A stretch of 64,000 nucleotides of DNA, taken from assembly GCA_012295275.1 (NCBI GenBank), contig CM022676.1, positions 11,160,001 to 11,224,000 of the forward strand. Reading direction: 5' to 3'. Source of the stretch: Chrysomallon squamiferum. Its lineage: Eukaryota; Animalia; Mollusca. The translations under genes were made by a program, and so were the position numbers. The notes below the pieces were generated by a model. That model was given only the letters and a program-made list of their open reading frames with translations. It made no database searches and was not told the DNA's origin. Below are positions 50,869 to 64,000 of this stretch, piece by piece; within the stretch, counting starts at the first letter, position 1, and every line of letters begins with the position of its first letter.

Positions 50869-53800
50869 CTACAACAATTAGTATGCCAAGTAAATAAATG
50901 AACGAACAAATAAGTAGATGCAAGAAGGTAATGAAAAAAGCAAATAATGAGATTAATTTATTGTAAACTTTTTAAATTTTACCATGTAACCAGACCATTA
51001 TTCTTCCAACTTTGTAGCAGATTAATCCAGTCTTTTTATGGACACTGTGTTTTTTGTAACATTTTCCTTCCGCTGTGCAGTAATTGTTCTGTAATGTTAT
51101 ATACTTAACAGTAAAGAGCTAGTTACAATCACAGTTAATATATAGTAATCATTTAGAATTTAAAAATGACAAAAATATAGAAACATGTTTTGTCTCTTCT
51201 GCAGAGTACAAGGGACAAAGGGATGTGTTGTCGTGCTAAGTCTGTCAAACTCAAGCTTTTTAAAAGGATTATATTTTATTATTAAAACATTTTAATAATT
51301 TTAATACCATTTTCAAATACTTATTATACTAATTATTATTTTATCCTTAATATTAAAATAAAAGATCTTTACTTCACAGAAAGTTGTTCATGATGACAGA
51401 CAGTGGTGGTAAACAGGAAGAAAAAGGGTGAACAAAGCACCTGATCAGATTTCGAACACTAAAAATATAAACCCACAGCCTAAAGAAACTTTACCACAGT
51501 TTTAAATCACTCTAGTTGAGAGACAACAAAAGCTACATGCATGAAGAAAAATGTATTGAAAACATCAGAGCTGGCCAAAGTGGTACAAAAAACAACATGA
51601 TCAACTCAATGGACAATATGCACAGCATACAGAGAACCATTCAGTAACAAGTCTGATTAATACTGTGTCTGACACCTCTTGCAAAATCTCTCTGATGCAT
51701 AAAAGATGTCAGTGTTATTTGTTGAGGCTACATGGGATACATAGTCATTATCTCTGGAATCAGTTCTTTTTGGTTGGATACAGGGTGTGAATGTTGACAA
51801 ATGCCAGTGATTCAAGACATTCCATAAGCATCTTCCATCAACTCTGAGCAGTCAGATCCAGCTTTCGTTAGTGAAGACTACTTTCTGCCAGTCATGTCAC
51901 TGACAGCATTGTTTTACCTTTGTGCTTTCAGTATGTGTCCTCTGTAAGCCCTCATTCCATCATCCCTGAATTACCTGGCCACTATCTGTCAACTAAACCT
52001 TTGATCCGAGACATTCAGTGTTGATTGCTGTCAGAAAGCAAATCTGAAGATGCAAGGTACAGAAGTATTGGTCCTCAAAGGGCATCTTCACTCTGAGTTT
52101 GGTGTGGTCTGATGTTTGCCACATCTGCCTGTAACACTGCATCATGCTCTTTAAAGCAATGCAGGAAGAACCAAATGTTCTTGAAATAATGGCATAGCTC
52201 CAAACTGTATCACATCTTCAGACTGTTCACATGGTCAGGTCTCATTCCCATGGTTATGTTTTGTAATTGTGATATGCCATGTTTGATGTACTCTTGTTGT
52301 GTTTGTTAATACACAGTCTGCTCAAAAACAGCTGTGGGAGGTTATATTTTCTGCACATCTTATTGCTGCATGTGTTTTACATTGATTAAGTTTCAACATG
52401 TTCTTCAGTTGTTCTTAAATTCAATTTAACGTGGTTAAGTTTCTTTTGGTCATAGGTATATAACTGGAGATATTGTAAATTATAATACTGTTATACTCTG
52501 TAAACTACTTACAGCCACATAACATGATATGTGATTATTACTGATATGACACCTTTCACATTTAGAATTGTGGATGATAACTCGACCTTTTTTGCTGAAA
52601 GTTTTACCATCATTCGAAACTGATACATGAACAATTCGAATAGTCTCAGTGGCACGAAAACCATGTTGTGGTTTTCTGTATTTTCTTTTGGGAAGAGGAC
52701 ATATGGCCTCCACAGTATTCCTTACATTAGCTATTACAAATTTAATTTGTTCCTTACGGAAAAATGATTTCCTGATCTGAAAACAAAATGAAAGTTCATC
52801 TGAACATTTTAACTGGAATGATTATTAGATATACATAAGTTAATATTGTGGCTGGAATTATAAAGAGAGAAGAATAAATTAAAGGACATATCTTATATAA
52901 ATAAAACAAGTTTGAATGGAATAGGTTAAAAAGAGGAAATGAACATTATTTATTATAATCAGAAACAAGAATTGAAAACATGATTATTTTTGCCTTCTGT
53001 TATTACTGCTATTACTACCACTGCTATTAATGCCACTGCTATTACTACCACTGCTATTACTACCACTGCTATTACTACCACTGCTATTACTACCACTGCT
53101 ATTACTACCACTGCTATTACTACCACTATTACTACTGCTGTTAATATCACTGCTATTAATACCACTGCTATTACTACCACTATTACTACTGCTGTTAATA
53201 TCACTTCTATTAATACCACTGCTATTACTACCACTATTACTACTGCTGTTAATATCACTTCTATTAATACCACTGCTATTACTACCACTATTACTACTGC
53301 TGTTAATATCACTTCTATTAATACCACTGCTATTACTACCACTATTACTACTGCTGTTAATATCACTTCTATTAATACCACTGCTATTACTACCACTATT
53401 ACTACTGCTGTTAATATCACTTCTATTAATACCACTGCTATTACTACCACTATTACTACTGCTGTTAATATCACTTCTATTAATACCATTACTATTACTA
53501 CCACTATTACTACTGCTATTAATATCACTTCTATTAATACCACTGCTATTACTACCACTATTACTACTGCTATTAATATCACTTCTATTAATACCACTGC
53601 TATTACTACCACTATTACTACTGCTATTAATATCACTTCTATTAATACCACTGCTATTAATACCACTATTACTACTGCTATTAATATCACTGCTATTAAT
53701 ACCACTGCTATTAATACCACTGTTATTACTACTACAGCTCTTACTACTACTGCTCTTACTACTACTGCTATTAATACCACTGCTATTACTACTACTGCTA

Positions 53801-56800
53801 TTAATACCACTGCTATTAATACTACTGCTCTTACTACTACTGCTAATACTACTACTTCTATTAATACCACTGCTATTACTACCACTGTTACTACTGCTAT
53901 TAATACTGCTATTACTAGTATTGCTATTATTACTACTGCTCTTACTACTACTGCTATTAATACCACTGCTATTACTACTACTGCTATTAATACCACTGCT
54001 ATTATTACTACTGCTATTAATACCACTGCTATTAATACCACTGTTATTACTACTACAGCTCTTACTACTACTGCTCTTACTACTACTGCTATTAATACCA
54101 CTGCTATTACTACTACTGCTATTAATACCACTGCTATTAATACTACTGCTCTTACTACTACTGCTAATACTACTACTTCTATTAATACCACTGCTATTAC
54201 TACCACTGTTACTACTGCTATTAATACTGCTATTACTAGTATTGCTATTATTACTACTGCTCTTACTACTACTGCTATTAATACCACTGCTATTACTACT
54301 ACTGCTATTAATACCACTGCTATTATTACTACTGCTATTAATACCACTGCTATTAATACTACTGCTCTTACTACTACTGCTAATACTACTACTTCTATTA
54401 ATACCACTGCTATTACTACCACTGTTACTACTGCTATTAATACTGCTATTACTAGTATTGCTATTATTACTACTGCTGTTATTACTATTGCTCTTACTGC
54501 TACTGCTATTACTACCACTGCTATTACTAGTATTGCTATTATTACTGCTGCTGTTATTACTATTGCTCTTACAGCTACTACTATTATTACCACTGCTATT
54601 ACTTACACTGCTATTAATACTACTGCTATTAATACTACTGCTATTAATACCACTGCTCTTACTACTACTGCTATTACTAGTATTGCTATTAATACTACTG
54701 CTATTAATACCACTGCTATTACTGGTATTGCTATTAATACCACTGCTATTACTAGTATTGCTATTAATACCACTGCTATTACTATTATTGCTATTAATAC
54801 TACTGCTATTATTACTACTGCTATACTATTTCTTTCTCATCTTATTACTGTTCTTGTAAAAAGTCAAAATAATAAAACTTACATAAATGTTTTGCAGTTT
54901 ACACATTACATGTGGGCCAACAACAAAAAATTTAGCATTAACTGTAACTTCATGGCAAGGGTCATCAAGGAGATCACATCCTTCCCCATCATTAATGTCA
55001 TTAACAACTGGTGGAATTCGAATATCAGTGGAGCAGTCAGCACCCATAAAATTATTCTCACAGACACAAGTTCCTGATTAAAAGATAACAAAATTATAAA
55101 ACATACAAAGAATGGTGGTAAATAAAATGCATGTGATAAAATATTCTACTTTTGAATAGTATTAAAAATTAGGAATAAACAAAACTCTACAGGTTTTATC
55201 AATAAGTAATTGGAAAGTAATTACTGAACAGAAATGTTTTAAAATTAATATGTAGATATCTGATTAAGGATTAGCTTATCTTAAAACAATGTTTATAGCA
55301 GAAAGTCAGTACTTAATTGAGTGAAATATACATCAAATATACATGAAACTGTTAACTTTGTTCATCTATAATTATTGTAGTTGCTTGGTTTTAAATCACT
55401 GTAAAAATATGGAGTGCAAGCTAATAAAGCAGACATTGAAAACAAACAAACCATTAGTACACTGTCCTCTATGTGAACAGTCAGATGGACAGGAAACACT
55501 GATGATTTGTTTCATTATCGATTCTTTTCCTTCTTTCTTCTCATGAAATTCTTCATTCATAACTACTTCATTTAAACAAGCAGATTTAACATTTTCAATG
55601 GCTGAGTCAACAAACAAGGTATTACCAGTTGCCTAAATTACACAAAACTAGTTTATTTTGTTTTCACTTTGAGTTTCTGACTGTAGCTCAGTGGTTTCAG
55701 CACAGAGGAAGGAGACACAAGTGACAAAATTAAAGGGATTAGTAGAAAGGGGCTGCAGATTTTTGTTTCGACAGTGTTTAATCATATCTATCAGCCAATG
55801 AATTTGAAGTTCAAAAATGTATTATATATGTTAATTAAATAATATGAGTTTGTAAATCGCTTTCTCTCAATTTAATTGTAAGATTTACAAAATTTTTGAA
55901 AAAATTGAATACTGTTATTGGCAAAAACAAAACTGATTATAGATATAGCTAGTCTATTTGATTAAAGATACCTGCATAACAATGGCTTACATTTGTTTCT
56001 ATTGGCCAATGTCTCCTAATAAAGTATTACAATAATGAAATACTGCTATCACTCAGTTTGATGCAAGCTTTCATTTTGACATTAAATTATTTGTTCGTTT
56101 TTCGGGTGGGTTCATTTTATTTTATTTCTTTTTTCATTCTTTAATAAAAATTCTCTATATCTGCTGCTATTATAAACAATTAATGTAAACTCTCACCATG
56201 GTGTCAAAGATACAGTGTTTAAAATGTCTAAGAAATGAACTGCCTGGAACTGATCGACATAACTGAACACTTTTTGACTGGAACAGTTTTCTTTGACATA
56301 TCTCCTTTGCTTTGGCCTCCGACATTTTTTGAGTTATATTCGATACATCCTATGGTAAAATATGACTTAATAATAACAACACATAAAAAAATAATAATAA
56401 TCATTAACAAAACAACAGTTTATCATATAAACTATGATAACAGTAACAACCAAAACAAAAACTACATTTTACAAGAATCTCCATTTAAAAACTTGATCTG
56501 GAAACTGATAACTCTGGGCTTCTTTTCTTTTTTGGTTTTTTTTTTTTTCTTTTCTGCTAAAGTGATTTTTTAATATTATTCAGGCTATTCTGATATGCAA
56601 ATGTCTCGAAATGTTTTTATCTTGTGAGTACAGGAATGGACCAATTGGTCAAACAGAATAAAATTTGTGTGTGTGTCAAGGTGTGCATGATAGCTGAGTG
56701 AGAAACACAGTTTTGAAACTGGTTCAGACAGAATGAAATCTGTGCATGTGTGTGGGTGTGTGTGTGTGTGTGTGTGGAGCTACTGAGAAACAAAGAAAGG

Positions 56801-59800
56801 AAAGGAGGGTGGTGAGCTGATCAATTTACTAACAATTCAGCTCAACATATTGCACCAACAGACTCACTCTTTTTCTTAAACTGCTGTAAACATTGTCTTC
56901 ACTCTCAGCATAAGTGATAGATCTCTTTTTCTTGCTTGCTCGAAATATGCATTTTCTCCTGTCTGGACTTTCTACTGTCGCAGGCTGATTTGCTTGACAG
57001 AACTCACGTTCTGCAGTTGCTCCACAGATTGCTTGATTACATGGCACATATTTGCATGTGATCTCAAGAGGACAGTAACAGAGGAATGAAATGTCTATCC
57101 ACTTTTCGAGCTTCGCAAAATTTCTGCTCACAAAAAGACTATCTGAATCTGGCACTCTGTTAAAATATTAGACTGTTTTATTTGTCTGACATATACAACA
57201 TGTTAACAATTGAATATAATAATAAATATAATAATAATAATAATAACAATAATATAATTGTATTAAGAATAATACAACTACTAATATTATTAATACAGCT
57301 GTAAGTACTAATATAGCTTTTTGATATTTTTACTTATTTATTTTTTATTTATTGTTTATTGCCTATATATTTATTTATTTATTTATGTGTTTACTTCCAA
57401 GATTCTATGAAACGCTTTTCATCTGTTCCAGTTTTACCATTACGGGGAATCAGTGCCCCTGTTCCAAGTTCTGCACACAGACCTCTAGAAGCTTTAAAGT
57501 CCAGAAGTGAGGGGTAAATGAAAACATTTATCACTTTCAATTTCATGTCAAGTTTTATCTCAATTCTTGTCCCTGTAGGAAGGTATACCTGGAAGCAAAA
57601 AATAATAACATCAAAAAAAAAAAAATGAAAAAAAAAAACGAAAAAAATATAAACATATTTAAAAGTAAATTAATTTGTATTACAATTACAAAGACAAACA
57701 TAAAACGATAGGACACTGGGAATCTCTTTCTGTACTATTATTATGTAAGGTAACCATACCTGATAATCAGTTTCAGATTTTCGACGAACATCTAACACAT
57801 CGATGCTATCATCACATAACAGGTAACCAATTTTGTATCTATACTGACACATGTCAACTCGAAATATGTTTCTACCTGACCTGACAGCCACAGCACAGAC
57901 ACAGGAAACAGCATTACCACAGTGAAAGGTTTCAATTTGAACCTGAAATAATTATTAATTTCTTCAATATATTTCATTAGTAAACTGTATGTGTATTTCA
58001 GTGTACATGTATACACTGTAGAAGTGTGTGTATTTCACAGTATACATGTATACAGTATAGCTACATGTGTGTCTCAGTGTACATGTATACACTGTAGAAG
58101 TGTGTGTATTTCACAGTATACATGTATATAGTGTAACTGTATGTGTGTGTCTTAGTGTACATACATACAGTGTAGAAGTGTGTGTATTTCACAGTATACA
58201 TGTATACAGTGTAACTGTATGTGTGTGTATTTCACAGTATACATGTATACAGTGTAACTGTATGTGTGTGTCTCAGTGTACATGTATACACTGTAGAAGT
58301 GTGTGTATTTCACAGTATACATGTATGTGTGTGTCTTAGTGTACATGTATACACTGTAGAAGTGCATGTATTTCACAGTATACATGTATATAGTGTAACT
58401 GTATGTGTGTGTCTTAGTGTACATGCATACAGTGTAGAAGTGCATGTATTTCACAGTATACATGTATACAGTGTAACTGTATGTGTGTGTCTCAGTGTAC
58501 ATGCATACACTGTAGAAGTGTGTATTTCACAGTATACATGTATACAGTGTAACTGTATGTGTGTGTCTCAGTGTACATGCATACAGTGTAGAAGTGTGTG
58601 TATTTCACAGTGTACATGTATACACTGTAAAAGTGCATGTATTTCACAGTATACATGTATACAGTGTAGTTGTATGTGTGTATCTCAGTGTACATGTATA
58701 CACTGTAGAAGTGCATGTATTTCACAGTATACATGTATACAGTGTAGTTGTATGTGTGTATCTGTGTACATGTATACACTGTAAAAGTGCATGTATTTCA
58801 CAGTATACATGTATACAGTGTAGTTGTATGTGTGTATCTCAGTGTACATGTATACAGTGTAGAAGTGCATGTATTTCACAGTATACATGTATACAGTGTA
58901 GTTGTATGTGTGTGTCTTAGTGTACATGTATACAGTGTAGAAGTGCATGTATTTCACAGTATACATGTATACAGTGTAACTGTATGTGTGTGTCTTAGTG
59001 TACATGTATACAGTGTAGAAGTGCATGTATTTCACAGTATACATGTATATAGTGTAACTTATGTGTGTGTCTTAGTGTACATGTATACACTGTAGCTGTA
59101 TCTGTGTGTATGTTATTAGTCTCTTACATTGTAAAATTGCTGTATCTGGTGGTTGCTGCCAAACATATTGCTGACAATATCACTAACATCATTATTGGGA
59201 TACCTCTAATTATAATGTAATGACTCATGAAAGAGTTTGATTATAAATGATATTTTGGTTTCTGGACCAATGATTACCATACAGCCCATTTCTTAAAATT
59301 CATATACCAAATTGGTGACACAATATTTTTGTAAGGTTACCAGTTCCAAAATATTCTTACTCTTAGGCTGATGCTTAAAAGTGAATCTACCTTCAAAACT
59401 TCATATTGTCCAAATCTGATTTTGATGGTGGCCATTTTCAAAGACTTTTCCAAATTCTTTTGCTGGAAAATGCACTGATGTCATTTCTAAGAGACCTCCA
59501 ATCAGACAGATATCAGAATTTGATTGTTTATTATCCTTTGGTCTGGGATCAATTATTTCTATGCCTAAGCTGTATTATAGAACACTTATTCCTTTCAAAA
59601 GACTATGACTGATTAGTGATACAAATATCTGGGAGTAGTGTCAGTACTAAAATATTCCTAGAATTGTATCTCAATAACTACTGTGAGACCATCTCGTATC
59701 TTCTTTTGAAAATTAGATCAAAATACAAGCTTAATAAAAATCATTCAACAAAAGCATGATTTAAAAAAAACCACAATAGTAATAATTTTAGAATCTCCAG

Positions 59801-60911
59801 GTAAGTATCATGTAAGAGATAATTGATTACATGCATTTGTGAATATGTATACACTGTATTAGTGGATATGTGTGTCAGAATGTATGGTTGTGTATATGTT
59901 CCAAAATTTTACCTCTGTGGGATAACCTCTTACTGTGTACAATACATATACATCCAGATCCATGAAATCAATAGAACTGAAACAAAATATTTACTTGGCT
60001 ATATTACAACAGAAGAAAGTATTTTACTACTGTGCTTTTGTAGCTACTGTTAGTCATGTTGCTGCTTCTGAAACTACCTGTCATAATATAACTGATATTA
60101 TATTTATTGCTGATACTACAGTTATTATCACTGATATTCATCATCATAATTATATTATTATTAGCAGTAGTAGTAGTAGTAATTATTATTATTATTATTA
60201 CTTTTATTATTATTATTATTATTTGGCTGTATTCATGTTTATGTGTTGAAAATACAGTGAACAAAAATGGTGTATGAATGAGTATGTGTGCATGTGTATG
60301 TTTTTGCATGTGCATGTGCATGTGTGTGTAACAGACAAAGGAACATACCCTTTTCTGCTGAAGACAATAAGATGTGGATCACCTGTTGATGAACACACTT
60401 GACCTTTGAGCAATGATAAATCTCTTGCAATCTGAATCTGACAACAATAAATAAATAACAAACAAATAAATAACTAAATATTACTGTTGCAGGCCTGTAC
60501 AAAAGTAAAACTGCATAACCTAAAAAGAGGTTAAGTAAAAAGTGTATGTATATAAACATTTAAGCGATGTTGCTTAGGACAATGATGTAACATCTAGATG
60601 TTTAGCCACCATGCAAAACATTTACTTTCCAGAAACATTTCTTCTGTAATCAGCCTCAGTTTTCTGAATGACGCTTGTTAATCCAAGTGGCTATAATCAT
60701 AATGCCTACAAACAAGCAGTGGGAATGCACCTGCTTCGTAAGATATTTATACAAAGTTCAATGGTTATGTTACATGCTACAGAAAAGCACATGGAACAGA
60801 AATATGTTGGTACATTACCAATACTGCTACTGCTGCTACTACTACTAATATCACTAATACCGCTACTACCACCTCTAGCATTACTACTACTGCTAGTACT
60901 GCTAAAGACGA

Positions 60912-60948
<37 letters not shown>

Positions 60949-62067
60949 GTGAGGTTATAAATGTCTATTAGTGAATACATATGCTAAAAACACATGCCTA
61001 CTGTATATATTTACATTTATACATTACTATTAAGTATATCTGCAAGCTGTATGTGCAGTAAGTAAAAACATAACAGCCAGTTAGCCAAACTTACTTTGAA
61101 ACGACCAGTGGTTGTATAATTAGCCTAGATCCGGAAAACAGTAAATGTGTATAAATACATAATAACAATATAAATTCAACCTTACTCTGACACGACCAAT
61201 GGTTGTATAATTAGCCCAGAACTTGTGACCAAGAAACCTCTCATCAGTGTTAAAGACAAGTTCTGTGAGTGTGACAATTTTGCCGTTTGTTTTCACCATT
61301 GAGCTTCCTGTTACAGTCAAATACTGTTCTTTGTCCCAGTCTTCGGCTGCCACCAAAATACCACACTTAGTTTCCACCAGTGCACGTTGTTTACAGGGTC
61401 CACCAGAGGTTGTGTAGACAAAAATGGGCAGACTACAAAATTTCTTTTCAGACAGAGAACAACCAAGTGGGGCTGTCAGCTGTAATGGAACCTTCAGTTT
61501 TTCATTCTGCTCAATTAGAAACGACTGTTTTGGCAGCTGAAAAACAAAACTGATATCTGTAGATATCCCTTAGTTAATCTAGTTCTGCTTTGCATGATAT
61601 TGGCTTAACTTGATAATATTAGTGCAACCACTGTTAATGTTCACAGTAAATATTTCAATTTCCTGCATCAAAGCGAACATCAGCAAGCAATCAAATTTAG
61701 CCACTAACAAGGTCAATGAACATGCATGGCAGCAGGATTGCCATTTAGCAGTTTTTGTCACTATTAAAGAGTTTGATGAAATGTTTTGTGATATTCAACC
61801 AAAAAATTATTGAAGTGGATCCAGATCTGAATCAAAGCAGTCATAATTTAGAGAAATAGACTGAATCCTGCAACAGAATTTAACAACAGAGAAACTACTC
61901 TTGGTACATTTTTATTTAAAATCATATTCATTGCTGAAATAGTGTTTTGTATTTAATAAACATTTAAATATATTCCTTTTTTATTTTCCTTACAAGATAC
62001 ACTTATTAAGTATGTAAAAGACTGTTGAAGTTTAATTTCTGAATATAAACATTCATTCACACATACA

Positions 62068-62098
<31 letters not shown>

Positions 62099-63923
62099 TT
62101 AGCATTTTATCATTCAGTTATCAAATTAATAGCACTTTGCCACTTACTTCACTGAATTATTATTATGAAAGAATATTGCCAATAATATTACTGCCTAGCA
62201 TATAAATGGTGATTGCTGACAAATATAAATATTTAATAGTATATAGCAATTACTGCCTAGAATATAAATATAACAACATATTGTTGATTGCTAAGCATTA
62301 TTTAAAATGAGAAAACACTGCCCAGTAAATGAATCGGAAAAAAATCTCACCTTTATTCCAATAAATTTCCTGTCACTAATAACCTGAATGCTGAGTGCAG
62401 AAGCCGTCTGGAATCTAGCTCTTAATATACAATGAATCTGAAAACATTTTACATAATGTGTTAACACATCTTACTAAATACAGCATTTTAATATAATGTA
62501 TTAACACATCTTACTACAGCATTTTAATATAATGTGTTAACACATCTTACTAAATACAGCATTTTAATATAATGTATTAACACACCTTACCAAATACACT
62601 ATTTCAATATAATTTATTAACACATCTTACCAAATACACCATTTTAATATAATGTATTAACACACCTTACTAAATACAGCATTTTAATATAATGTATTAA
62701 CACATCTTACTAAATACAGCATTTTAATATAGTGTATTAACACACCTTACCAAATACACCATTTTAATATAATGTATTGACACACCTTACTAAATACACC
62801 ATTTTCAATATAATATAAACATCTCTATTAAAAAAAAAGTATTTTAACATACTGTATTAATAAATGAATCTTTGAAAGTAAAATGTCTACATATAAAAAA
62901 AAAGTATTTTAACATACTCTATTAATAAATAAATTTTTGAAAATAAAATGTCTACATATAGTGCATTATAAAAATACTGTCCTAGATAAAAAAAAATTCA
63001 ACATATCTAGAAACATCTCTTCTAAAAGAAATGTAATAGATAAGAAAAGTATCTCTCTAAACAAAACATTTTGACTTAATTTTAACATTTGTGACAAACC
63101 TATGGTTCTAACTGAAACACTTTAAGGAGCAACAATCAAGGCATATTTATTATATGTTTCAACTGAATAGCATCCATATAAAGTTACTTAAGCAATTATC
63201 ATCCTGTTAATTTACAGCAAGTGCTTTTCTCAAATGGCCAATGAATTACTGGATTAATTTCAAGCCTGTTACACAGGGTATTTACCCTTTCAACAGAGTA
63301 ATGCTGACTGCAGGCAATTCTAATTAAAATTGTCCAAGAAATTATAAATACACTATGTTGATAAGAAGGTTTCCAAGACTGTTGCTCATTAAAACAATTA
63401 AAACTCAATAAATGTGCCATTCTACATAAAGTAATATGATGTAATGTAATATGATGTTCCTGACAGATTTAAGACTTGCGTTAGAGAGATATATATGAGT
63501 CTGTGCTTGTAGGAGAAACCACAATAAATTAAAATGATAGAAAAGCAGAGAGTGAAAGAAGAATATATAGACTAGAAGACATATTGATTCAAACAGAAAA
63601 GAAAAACAAAAATTAGAAGAAGAAAAAAGAAAAGAAAAGAAATTAAATTAAAGCAAATGTCCAATGTTAACACACAAAGAATCCAACAGTCTTTTGTCCT
63701 AATTCAATGAGATTATCTTCTTTGATGGCTGTGTCATGAAGGAATTGGTCACTGTCCCTCAATGGCTTTGATTTATAGTAGAAATCACCATTAATGTACC
63801 AGAAAGCTTGGTAGTACAGATTTGCTAAAAGAGTCATTTTGCAAAGAAAACGATAAGCCTGTTTTGAATTGTGTTCTTCAAGTGTCGTTATTACAACAGG
63901 TTTTCCACTTATAGATGGAGCAT
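45799..63923 (-). CDS. Copy C: VWDE-like / FReD fusion protein, exons 5-22 (5' end beyond the window)
   Basis: Exons: 63923-63676, 62437-62351, 61536-61186, 60437-60349, 59976-59913, 57942-57760, 57588-57395, 57156-56868, 56349-56197, 55632-55452, 55073-54883, 52776-52513, 51088-50983, 50185-50053, 49927-49807, 48735-48590, 47278-47119, 45882-45799. Same motifs ([48 protein letters not shown]). The final exon (SFARMSWFQ..MAVRPRE*) has no in-frame acceptor AG. Confidence 0.88.
45955..46897. mobile_element. Foldback-like element with 15/30-bp sub-terminal tandem repeats, copy C intron 21
   Basis: 46310-46890 is an array of gagcaattgtctggt / gaggtattgtccact 15-mers; 45963-46014 carries a few inverted copies (ggacaatacctca.., ttgcttactggac). 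No TSD identified. Confidence 0.55.
51468..52460 (-). mobile_element. Decayed, internally deleted Tc1-like transposon, copy C intron 16
   Basis: Minus strand reads EDQYFCTLHLQICFLTA, RDDGMRAYR and DWQKVVFTNESWI*LLRVDGRCLW (Tc1 WxxVLFSDESRFxL..DGR motif). Degenerate TIRs share aaagaaactt(a/t)accac. Confidence 0.75.
52990..54825. repeat. Compound trinucleotide (ACT/ATT/GCT/ACC/AAT) satellite with higher-order repeats, copy C intron 15
   Basis: About 1.8 kb; 15-, 60- and about 300-bp periodicities; begins about 55 bp from the exon 15 donor. Confidence 0.95.
57985..59100. repeat. About 38/76-bp dimeric minisatellite with a near-palindromic core, copy C intron 9
   Basis: gtgtacatgtatacactgtagaagtgtgtgtatttcaca alternating with gtatacatgtatacagtgtaactgtatgtgtgtgtctca. 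Confidence 0.93.
62453..62815. repeat. About 40-bp tandem repeat next to the exon 6 acceptor of copy C
   Basis: ataatgtattaacacatcttactaaatacagcattttaat, about 9 copies. Confidence 0.9.
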
Positions 63924-64000
63924 CTGAAATAACAGTTGTTACTCTTATTGTATGAATATAAACACACATATACATGCATGCATTTTCTACATAATACACC

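Noticed and set aside
52959-54859. 544-aa poly-Val/Ile/Ala and 609-aa poly-Leu ORFs as membrane proteins
   Set aside because: Low-complexity triplet satellite; exons 15 and 16 of copy C join in phase without it, as in A and B.
58067-59095. His/Tyr/Cys-rich ORFs
   Set aside because: Minisatellite translations on both strands.

Overview
AT-rich, microsatellite-dense animal genomic DNA; the composition looks mollusc/cephalopod-like, but that is an inference. The window is mostly a head-to-tail array of three paralogous, intron-rich genes on the minus strand: copy A (811-20512), copy B (24733-42426) and copy C (45799 to beyond 64000, exons 1-4 outside the window). Exons were reconstructed by hand from GT-AG boundaries, and homologous exons have matching lengths and phases. 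The 22-exon model encodes a secreted protein of about 1170 aa: signal peptide, D8C (UMOD/GP2/OIT3-like) Cys domain, VWDE-type N-terminal region, VWD with GDPH, furin-type basic sites, C8-like, EGF, VWDE-type SVSNDG region, and a C-terminal fibrinogen-related domain (FReD). This is a VWDE-FReD chimera. The copies are mosaics of near-identical and strongly diverged tracts, and each carries at least one apparent lesion. There are several duplicated exon ends and pseudo-exons, and relics of further copies. Introns and spacers hold copy-specific minisatellites and DNA-transposon relics (Sola2-like, Tigger/pogo, Tc1, foldback-like). No RNA genes or CRISPR arrays were seen.
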